Assembly: GCF_000024865.1 (NCBI RefSeq)
Contig: NC_013595.1
Span: 4,091,798 to 4,123,797 of the forward strand
Direction of reading: 5' to 3'
Source of the DNA: Streptosporangium roseum DSM 43021
GTDB lineage: Bacteria > Actinomycetota > Actinomycetes > Streptosporangiales > Streptosporangiaceae
DNA length: 32,000 nt
Shown: piece by piece, positions 25,640 through 32,000 of the stretch
How the letters are laid out: each line of letters starts with the position of its first letter
How positions within the stretch are numbered: position 1 is the first letter of the stretch
Notes under the pieces: model-generated
What the model saw: only the letters and a program-made list of their open reading frames with translations
The model's database searches: none
Told to the model about the DNA's origin: nothing
Position numbers and translations under genes: made by a program

Positions 25640-26902
25640 TTGAACAGGACCAAGATCCGGGAACGTTTCGCCTGCCAGAAGGTACCCAGGGGAGGAGTGG
25701 TCGTCGCCTCCTCCTTCGGACACCCCGACCGGGGGGTGATCGAGTGTCCGGCCGCGCCGGCCCTGGGCGCGGCGCTGGCCCGCGACGGGCTGCGCGTGCG
25801 CTACGCGCCGCTGACCGCGGACCCGGCCGGCCGGCCCGCTCCCCGCGGCGGCCACATGCTCGCCGTCTCCTACCTCGAACGCGACGGCCGTGCCGCCGGC
25901 CTCGCGGCCGCCGTCCACCCCGACGATCATGCCGCCACCGAGGTGGTCGGCGACGCGATGAGGCGGTGGGAGGCCGCCATGCGCAGCCGCCGCGTCCTGC
26001 TGGCCGGCACCCGGCCGGCCTGTCCCGGTGCCCGGCGGGCCCTGGAGATCACCCGGGACACGGCCGGCGGCGGCCAGGCGGTGTTCAGCTACGGCCCCGT
26101 CACCGACGACCCCCACCAGGCCGGGGCCCTGACCCGCGAGGGCGTCACCACGGTCACCGATCTCGACCGGCTCCCGGAGGGGGCCGGCGTCGTCTTTCCC
26201 GCCCACGGCGTGTCCCTGGCGCTGCGCGCCGAAGCCGCCGCCCGTGGCCTGACGATCATCGACGCCACCTGCCCCCTGGTGGCCGCGGCCCACGCCGAGG
26301 TGGCGCGCTTCACCGAACGCGGAGACCTCACCGTCGTGATCGGCAGGTCCGGTGACGCGGCCGTCTCCGCCGTCCTCGGCCAGGCCCCGGAATCGACCGT
26401 CCTGGTGGAGAGCGCCGCCGACGTGGAGCGGCTCCGGCCGGCCGACCCGGAGGCGATCTCCTACCTGGTCCAGACCGGCATCCCCGTCGAGCAGGCCACT
26501 CCCGTCGTCGCCGCCCTCCGCGCCCGCTTCCCCGCCCTGCGCGGTCCCGACCCCGGCGACTTCTGCTATCACGCCTCCGACCGCGCGAGCGCCGTCGCCT
26601 CCATCACCGGCGCCAGCGATCTCCTGCTCATTGCCGCGGGATCACACTGCCCGGACGCCCGGCACGTCGTCCGCCTCGCCGAGCCGGCCGGCGTCCCGGC
26701 GCAGGTCGTCACCGGCGTCGCCGACCTGTGCCCGGACCGGCTGCGGGAGGCCGCCACCGTCGCTCTCACCAGCGCCCGGTCGGCTCCGGCCGGGCTCTCC
26801 GAGCAGATCGTCACGATCCTGTCCGGCCTGGGCCCTCTCGGCGTCGTCAACCGTCACGTCACCAGCGACATCGTCACCGGCCGGACGCGCGCGCGGGCGT
26901 GA
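25640..26902 (+). CDS. Divergent IspH/LytB-like Fe-S protein with N-terminal extension (probably not an HMBPP reductase)
   Basis: From aa ~118 it aligns with the neighbouring ispH and with E. coli IspH (RRVLLAGTRPACPGARRA, FPAHGVS, DATCPLVAAAH, FCYHASDRA, SARSAP). All 3 cluster Cys are kept, but [10 protein letters not shown] is GRSGDAAVSA and SVNSSNS is GSHCPDA. The start is uncertain: TTG at 25640 is the ORF limit, and GC3 rises only from ~25697. Confidence 0.7.
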   Translation: MNRTKIRERFACQKVPRGGVVVASSFGHPDRGVIECPAAPALGAALARDGLRVRYAPLTADPAGRPAPRGGHMLAVSYLERDGRAAGLAAAVHPDDHAATEVVGDAMRRWEAAMRSRRVLLAGTRPACPGARRALEITRDTAGGGQAVFSYGPVTDDPHQAGALTREGVTTVTDLDRLPEGAGVVFPAHGVSLALRAEAAARGLTIIDATCPLVAAAHAEVARFTERGDLTVVIGRSGDAAVSAVLGQAPESTVLVESAADVERLRPADPEAISYLVQTGIPVEQATPVVAALRARFPALRGPDPGDFCYHASDRASAVASITGASDLLLIAAGSHCPDARHVVRLAEPAGVPAQVVTGVADLCPDRLREAATVALTSARSAPAGLSEQIVTILSGLGPLGVVNRHVTSDIVTGRTRARA

Positions 26903-26928
26903 CCGGGGGGGGCCGGGCTCCCGGAGGC

Positions 26929-27957
26929 CTACCCGTACGCCGGGCGGCGTTCCGGGGCGCCGGCCAGGCGGGCCAGGCGGCGGTAGGAGTCGAGCCGCTC
27001 GCCGTGGTCGAAGGTGTTCATGGTGACCAGCACCTCGTCGGCGCCGCTGCGCTCGACCAGCTCCCGCACCGCGGCCGCGACCTCGTCCGGCGTGCCGTGG
27101 ATCTGCCCCCGCAACGCCTCCTCGAAGAGGGCGCGTTCCCGGTCGGTCATGTCCATGGCGAGGATCTCCCCGGCGGGGGCGAGCGGCGGGAAGACCCCGT
27201 GGGTGCGGGAGAAGGCGGTCGCCCACGCCTCGGGCACCTGCAGGCGGCGGGCCCGCTCGGCGGTCTCGGCGACCGCGATGTTGGCCGCGACGACGACGTA
27301 CGGCCGCGCCGACCAGGCCGAGGGCCGGAAGAGACCGCGATAACGGGTGATCGCCTGCAGCGTGCGCTCCCGGTCGCCTGCCGCCGCGATCACCAGCGGC
27401 AGCCCGTGCTCGGCGGCGATGTCCGCGCCGGCACCCGTGGCGAGCACGTATGCGGGCACCCGCAGACCTTCGGCGGGAAACGCGTGCACGCCCGGATGCG
27501 CCTTCTGGTCACCGGTGAAGTAGCCGAGCAGCTCGGCCAGCTGGTCGCCGAAGCCCTCCGCGTCGTGCTTGTCGTGGCCGAGCGCGCGCCGGATGCCGCC
27601 GGTGAAGCCGACCGAACGGCCCAGGCCCATGTCGATACGGCCCGGGTAGAGCGATTCGAGGACGCCGAACTGCTCGGCGACGACCAGCGGCCGGTGGTTG
27701 GGGAGCATCACGCCGCCGGTGCCGATCCGGATGCGCGAGGTCGCGGCGGCGACGGCGGCGGCCAGGACGGTCGGTGCCGAGCCCGCCACCCCTGGCACCC
27801 CGTGGTGCTCCGACACCCAGAAGCGGTGGTAGCCCAGGGCTTCGGCCTCCTGCGCGAACCTCACGGTGTCGCGCAGTGCCTGCGTGTGGTCGTGCCCCCG
27901 GCGGATGAGGGAGCGATCCAGGATCGAGAGCCGCGTCGTCTGAAGTGCTGCGTTCAC
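26929..27957 (-). CDS. LLM-class (luciferase-like) flavin-dependent oxidoreductase
   Basis: RLSILDRSLIRRGHD...FAQEAEALGYHRFWVSEHHGVPGVAGSAPTVLAAAVAAATSRIRIGTGGVMLPNHRPLVVAEQFGVLESLYPGRIDMGLGRS is a typical LLM family signature. I chose GTG at 27957; the ORF extends to ATG 28047, which has no convincing RBS. Confidence 0.85.
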   Translation of the reverse strand: MNAALQTTRLSILDRSLIRRGHDHTQALRDTVRFAQEAEALGYHRFWVSEHHGVPGVAGSAPTVLAAAVAAATSRIRIGTGGVMLPNHRPLVVAEQFGVLESLYPGRIDMGLGRSVGFTGGIRRALGHDKHDAEGFGDQLAELLGYFTGDQKAHPGVHAFPAEGLRVPAYVLATGAGADIAAEHGLPLVIAAAGDRERTLQAITRYRGLFRPSAWSARPYVVVAANIAVAETAERARRLQVPEAWATAFSRTHGVFPPLAPAGEILAMDMTDRERALFEEALRGQIHGTPDEVAAAVRELVERSGADEVLVTMNTFDHGERLDSYRRLARLAGAPERRPAYG

Positions 27958-28620
27958 CCTCCCTTCAACATCCTTCTCCGCCGGGGATTCCCCGGCAGGG
28001 CTCCCGGAGGCCCCGGGACACGCGGCCTCGAGGTGTTCTCCGGACATCCGGATGGGGATCGTGAGCGTGAAGGAGGGTGGGCGGGCCTCCGCGCCGAGCC
28101 GGCCCGCCGCGCCGTCGCCGGGGACCGGGAGGGCGCGCGGGCCGCGACCGCGCGAGCCGGGACAATCGTTGACTCAAGCGCTTGGTTGTTTTGGCGGATA
28201 ATCCGGAAAGCCCCTCACCTCCGCCGGTGGCCGGAGGCGGCTGGCGGGGATTTCCGCTGGTCGAATTGTTTGTCAAGCGCCCGCGGGGCATCCGTGTCCG
28301 GAGCGGCACGCCGTGGCCCGGCCGGCGGCGCCGTATTAGGCGGGCCGGCGTGTATCCGGCGTGATTGGAATCAACGTGGCGCCATCCGGTGCGTTACGGT
28401 CTCCGGGCGGGAGTCCGGGATTCGGGGAGGGGGCCTTCGTCACCGGTCTGAGCTGCGAGAACAATATTTCCGGGCGATTTTGTGCGCGGTGTTCCGGGGC
28501 TGCGGGATTGCCGTTGATTCACCGGCCGGCGGCTTTTATCACGCGGCGCTTATCTCAACAGATTTTCGTGGATTTGCGATACGAAATCGCCGTCTGACTG
28601 AACTGTCTGACGCGGAGATA

Positions 28621-28649
28621 TTGACTGGAGATATGCGGCTATCTACTCT
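28621..28649 (+). promoter_or_regulatory. Near-consensus sigma-70-type promoter for the orphan secreted protein gene
   Basis: TTGACT (28621..28626), a 17-nt spacer, then TACTCT (28644..28649). GAGGAG at 28671..28676 lies 6 nt before the ATG at 28683. It sits in a locally AT-richer stretch. Confidence 0.45.
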
Positions 28650-28682
28650 CACGATGTCCGGTAAATTACAGAGGAGTGGCCG

Positions 28683-29381
28683 ATGAAACGCCTCCGAAAT
28701 CTCGTTCTCGCCGTGACCGCCGTCGTGCTGGCACTCGCGTTCGTCCCGACCTCCGCTTGGGCGGCCACCACTCAGATCCACAGGAACGACCAGTTCGGCG
28801 CGCTCTACTCCGGCAAGGTCAGGGCGACGCTGCTCGGCAACGTGTCGATCAGCACCACCCTCGCCACCGCCACCTGCAACGTCGGCGTCATCGACGGCAC
28901 CGTGCAGTCGAACGGCACCATGCTGAACGTCTCGGCCTACAACTTCAGCAACAGCCCCGGCCCGCAGTGCCCCAACAGCGCCGGCGGCCAGTCCAGCGTG
29001 ACCGCGGTCGGGCTCCCCTGGAACGGCGGCAACGTCACCTTCGCCCCGGTCCTCCCCAACGGACGCGACGGCACCATAACCCTCAACAGCGTCAAGGTCA
29101 CCTCGTCGAGCACCGGCTGGTTCGGCACCATCAGCTGCACCTACAAGGGTTCCGGCGCCGGCAACAGCATCGTCCTGGACGCCTTCAACTCCACCAACCC
29201 CAACCGTCCGGTCATCGGGGTGGTCCAGGCCCAGGCCGGGGCGGTCAACTACACCCTCAACAAGGACAGCGGCAGCTTCCTGTGCCCCAGCACGGCCAGC
29301 TTCAGCGCCACCTTCCAGCTTCTCGGTGAGACCGTCGCCAACTCGGGCGTCTACAACCAGAAGCTCCACCTCACCGCCTGA
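28683..29381 (+). CDS. Secreted hypothetical protein (Sec signal peptide, 4 Cys, Ser/Thr/Asn/Gly-rich, beta-rich)
   Basis: MKRLRNLVLAVTAVVLALAFVPTSAWA|ATTQ is a clear signal peptide with an AxA cleavage site. There is a strong RBS, and GC3 is high in this frame. I recognise no domain. Confidence 0.7.
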   Translation: MKRLRNLVLAVTAVVLALAFVPTSAWAATTQIHRNDQFGALYSGKVRATLLGNVSISTTLATATCNVGVIDGTVQSNGTMLNVSAYNFSNSPGPQCPNSAGGQSSVTAVGLPWNGGNVTFAPVLPNGRDGTITLNSVKVTSSSTGWFGTISCTYKGSGAGNSIVLDAFNSTNPNRPVIGVVQAQAGAVNYTLNKDSGSFLCPSTASFSATFQLLGETVANSGVYNQKLHLTA

Positions 29382-29434
29382 GATCCGAGCGCCTCCCGGG
29401 ATCTCCCGGGCGGCCCCGTCCGCCCGGCAGGGCC

Positions 29435-29470
29435 GGCCCGCCTCTCCCGCACGCGCGGGAGGGGCGGGCC
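29435..29470 (+). terminator. Terminator-like hairpin downstream of the secreted protein gene
   Basis: GGCCCGCCTCTCCCGC (29435..29450), loop ACGC, GCGGGAGGGGCGGGCC (29455..29470) form a 16-bp stem with one G-U pair. There is no U-tract. Confidence 0.45.
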
Positions 29471-29578
29471 GCGACGTATGCGGACCGCGCGCGCCGCGGA
29501 GGCCGGCTGGGGAGGAGTGCGATGGCGGGAGGTCCGACGCCGGGGGAAGGGCGCGGCGGCCCGGTCGCGACGGCCGGG

Positions 29579-30709
29579 TCAGACGCGAGCACACGTGCAC
29601 GACGCCCCCTCGTGGCTGGCGGCCTGACATGTCAGCTCGCGCATGGCCTGGTAGACGCAGAGCAGGGCCCAGATCTCCTGTGCCACCATCTCCGGGCTCC
29701 TCGACCGCAGCGTGATCGCCGGACCTCTGCGGTCGGAGTGGAGCCAGGCCAGCGCGCTGTCCATGACCCATCGCTCGGCGTAGCGCGCCGCCAGCTCCGA
29801 CGCGGACGCCTGCCCGGGGTCGACCAGCGTTGTGATCAGCCATTCCGCGCCGGGAAGGGGGATGACCCGGAGGGGCGCGCCGCCCAGGCCGGCCGGTCTG
29901 GACAGGTAGGACCCGTCCTCGAAGCTGCGTCCTATCGGCAGCGCGTCGGCCCCGGTGACCCCCCACAACAGGTGCGTGCCGGTCTCGGCCGCCTGGCGCC
30001 ACAGTTCGAACCCCCAGCGGCCGGAGCGGGCGAGCAGCAGCATGTCGGACTCCAGGCACCGCAACAGCCTCCGGGCCAGGGTGCGCTCCTCCACGGCGGA
30101 GCTGCCGAACGTCGCGTCGATCAACGCGTGCGTGCCGTTCTCCGCCACGGCCACCACCCGGACGCAGGGGAACCGGGCCGCTCCGTCCGGATAGCCGAAC
30201 GCCGAGTTGTCGCGGGTCTCGGGGACCACCAGCGTGGTGCCGTCCATCGTGACCGGCCGGAGGCCGGCCAGCCACGACCGGGAGGCCTGCGGTTCCGCCA
30301 CGGGCCCGGTCACCCGGCAGAAGAGCACGCGCAGGGGCTCCGCGCCGAGCCGTGCCCGGGCCCGGCTGATCGCCGAGGCGCTGGGAGGCTCCCAGGTGTA
30401 GACCCAGCGCGACCGCCATGCAAGCCCGTTCAACAACAGGCGCATGACCTGGTCATAGTTCTTGTCAGAGAACAGGCAAAGGGCCAGCACGTAATAAATC
30501 GTCAGCCGGGCCGGCAGCGCCCGTCGCCGCCTCTCCGCGCATCCGCTGACCCCTATCACCTCGTCGAGCAGCGATATCGGAAAGACCGAGGTGAGAAAAC
30601 CGATCGACAACTGATCTGCCAGCCGCCCATCCTCCGACGGAGTCTTCACAGCGTAACTTTGCCTGAAAGGGGGGCGCGTCACGTTATAAGCAAGTGCCTG
30701 TCTTTTCAA
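29579..30709 (-). mobile_element. IS4-family transposase gene (Nterm_IS4 + DDE_Tnp_1-like), probably decayed
   Basis: N-terminal LSIGFLTSVFPISLLDEVI...RRRRALPARLTIYYVLALCLF...ASAISRARARLGAEPL matches the IS4 transposase N-terminal domain. The first catalytic Asp context VTMDGTTL is present. The second Asp position reads LLLARSGRWGF and the YREK signature reads Y-R-D-H (YAERWVMDSALAWLH). I could not find terminal inverted repeats. The 5' flank is lower in GC (30430..30760). Confidence 0.7.
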
Positions 30710-30787
30710 GCCAACCGCTTCGAGAATGACAAGTGATATGCGCCGGATGAAAGCGCTGTCACAGGCGACACATCGGCACCCGGTGGG

Positions 30788-31681
30788 CTACTCCTCGCGG
30801 CCCTGGCCGTCCTGCCGCAAGGCGGTGACCGGTGGGTGGGGAGCCGTCCAGGTCGCCAGGAGGTGCAGGGCCGCCTCGGAGGGGCTGCCGGGCTCGGTGG
30901 TGTAGACGCACATGGTCTGGTCGGCGTCGCCGGGGAAGGTGACCGACTCGTGGGACAGGACGAGCTCGCCGACGACGGGGTGGTGGTAGCGCCTGGTGCC
31001 GTGGGTGCGTTCGCGCACGTTGTGATCGGCCCACCAGGTACGGAACTCCTCGCTTTTGACGGCGAGTTCGCCGACGAGTTCGGCGAGCTGGGGGTCGTCG
31101 GGATGGCGTCCTGCGTCCAGGCGGAGGATGGCGACGGTCTCGACGGCGGCGCCGTCCCAGTCGACGTGGAGCTCGCGTGCGGCCTCGTCGAGGAACATGT
31201 AGCGGGCCAGGTTGCGCTCGCGCTGCGGCAGGGCGTCGAAGTCGGTGATCAGTGCGCGGGCGAGGCGGTTGGAGGCCAGGACGTCCATGCGGCGGCCGAG
31301 GATGAACGCGGGGGCGGCTCCGGCGAGAGCGTCCAGTATGCGGTGCAGCCCGGGGCGCACGCGCTGCGGCCGGGTGGGGGCGCGGCGCCGGGTGGGCCGG
31401 GGCTTGGACCGGCTGAGCTCGAAGAGGTAGGCCCGCTCCACCCCGTCGAGCCGCAGGGCGCGGGCGACGGCGTCCAGGACGCTCTCCGAGACGTTGAGAT
31501 GACGGCCCTGCTCCAGGCGGGTGTAGTAGTCCACGCTGACACCGGCGAGACGGGCCAGCTCCTCCCGGCGCAGACCGGGCACCCGGCGGGTGCCGCCGGT
31601 GGCGGGCACGCCCGCCTGCTGCGGGCTCAGGCGTGCGCGGCGGGTGCGCAGGAACTCCCGGAGCTCGGCGTTGTGGTCCAT
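30788..31681 (-). CDS. XRE-family HTH transcriptional regulator with MmyB-like ligand-binding domain
   Basis: LREFLRTRRARLSPQQAGVP...RRVPGLRREELARLAGVSVDYYTRLEQGR...SESVLDAVARALRLD is the characteristic MmyB-family N-terminus. The protein is ~297 aa. Confidence 0.9.
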   Translation of the reverse strand: MDHNAELREFLRTRRARLSPQQAGVPATGGTRRVPGLRREELARLAGVSVDYYTRLEQGRHLNVSESVLDAVARALRLDGVERAYLFELSRSKPRPTRRRAPTRPQRVRPGLHRILDALAGAAPAFILGRRMDVLASNRLARALITDFDALPQRERNLARYMFLDEAARELHVDWDGAAVETVAILRLDAGRHPDDPQLAELVGELAVKSEEFRTWWADHNVRERTHGTRRYHHPVVGELVLSHESVTFPGDADQTMCVYTTEPGSPSEAALHLLATWTAPHPPVTALRQDGQGREE

Positions 31682-31707
31682 GTCCTCCAGTGTGCGCCGC
31701 CGCGCGC

Positions 31708-32000
31708 TCAGGCGGACTGGCGGACCACGAGGGTGGGCTCGAAGATGACCGAGGTCACCTGGTGGCCGGGCTGCTCGATGTGGGTCAGCAGCAGGCGCGC
31801 CATCTCGGCGGCCATGTCCTCGACGGGATGGCGGACCGTGGTGAGCGGCGGCCGGCAGGCCAGTGCGGCGCTGCTGTCGTCGAAGCCGACCACGGCGATG
31901 TCGTCCGGCACCCTGCGGCCGTGGTGGCGCAGTACGAGAAGGGCTCCCTGGGCCATCAGGTCGTTGGCCACGAAGACCCCGTCCACGTCCGGGTGCTCGG
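31708..32000 (-). CDS. LacI-family transcriptional regulator, C-terminal part only (gene runs off the right edge)
   Basis: GVFVANDLMAQGALLVLRHHGRRVPDDIAVVGFDDSSAALACRPPLTTVRHP is a typical LacI/PBP1 sugar-binding C-terminal signature. The frame stays open to position 32000. Confidence 0.85.
   Translation of the reverse strand, partial: EHPDVDGVFVANDLMAQGALLVLRHHGRRVPDDIAVVGFDDSSAALACRPPLTTVRHPVEDMAAEMARLLLTHIEQPGHQVTSVIFEPTLVVRQSA

Noticed and set aside
24098-26572. ORFs 24098..24805 (-), 24186..25643 (+), 24760..25653 (-), 25439..26572 (-) and 25528..26355 (+)
   Set aside because: These are shadow frames across the regulator and IspH-like genes, with extreme R/G/P content and no motifs.
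28182-28597. Small ORFs 28182..28364 and 28361..28597 in the long intergenic region
   Set aside because: They have no RBS, poor GC3 bias and no recognisable motif. I treat the region as non-coding, though a transcript here is not excluded.
26728-30419. 652-aa plus-strand ORF 26728..28686 and 626-aa minus-strand ORF 28539..30419
   Set aside because: The first is antisense to the LLM oxidoreductase. The second is antisense to the secreted-protein gene and out of frame over the IS4 transposase. Both are low-complexity R/G/P/A-rich.
29471-30787. Search for terminal inverted repeats and target duplications of the IS4-like element
   Set aside because: I found only weak direct similarity (TATGCG-containing words near 29476 and 30736) and no convincing inverted pair, so I do not report element boundaries.
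1-32000. CRISPR arrays, tRNA/rRNA genes, integrase/att sites and toxin-antitoxin or known defence-system signatures
   Set aside because: There is no repeat-spacer periodicity and no tRNA T-loop (GGTTCGA-type) context in the intergenic regions. I recognised no integrase, nuclease, ATPase or toxin motifs in any accepted ORF.

Overview
High-GC actinobacterial DNA, judged by eye from Streptomyces/Streptosporangiales-like codon usage. Many long ORFs in the track are wrong-frame shadow ORFs typical of high-GC genomes. I accept about 27 genes. From left to right: (1) a partial DUF998-like membrane gene, a RibD-C/DHFR-family gene and a divergent LysR regulator. (2) A decayed IS630-type transposase fragment. 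(3) A copper homeostasis island on the minus strand, csoR-copZ-(secreted two-repeat His-motif protein)-copA, followed by a second copZ with a Cys-rich N-terminus and a DHA2 MFS exporter. Both promoter regions carry paired TACC-N7-GGTA boxes that look like CsoR operators. (4) A membrane-anchored heparinase II/III-like protein. (5) An APC amino-acid permease with a long structured leader. (6) A 2-TM + TrkA-N + RyR-domain protein. (7) The main item: a ~9.4 kb co-directional, partly translationally coupled operon on the minus strand (23728 down to 14299). It encodes a polyprenyl (probably GGPP) synthase, extra copies of ispH, dxs and ispG, a DxDD class II terpene cyclase, a cytochrome P450 and a UbiA-family membrane protein, with no canonical class I terpene synthase. 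This looks like a cryptic terpenoid (probably labdane-related diterpenoid) cluster in which the UbiA protein is the candidate second cyclase or prenyltransferase. Divergent from it are an HTH/TPR-like regulator and a second, strongly divergent IspH-like gene. That gene keeps the three Fe-S cysteines, has lost the catalytic Glu and the diphosphate-binding residues, and carries an N-terminal extension. An LLM flavin oxidoreductase lies convergent to it. (8) A lower-GC patch holds an orphan secreted 4-Cys protein behind a near-consensus promoter, next to an IS4-family transposase whose DDE/YREK signature is degenerate. (9) An MmyB-like XRE regulator and a partial LacI-family gene. I saw no rRNA, tRNA or CRISPR array. 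All functional calls rest on my own motif recognition; no database search was run.
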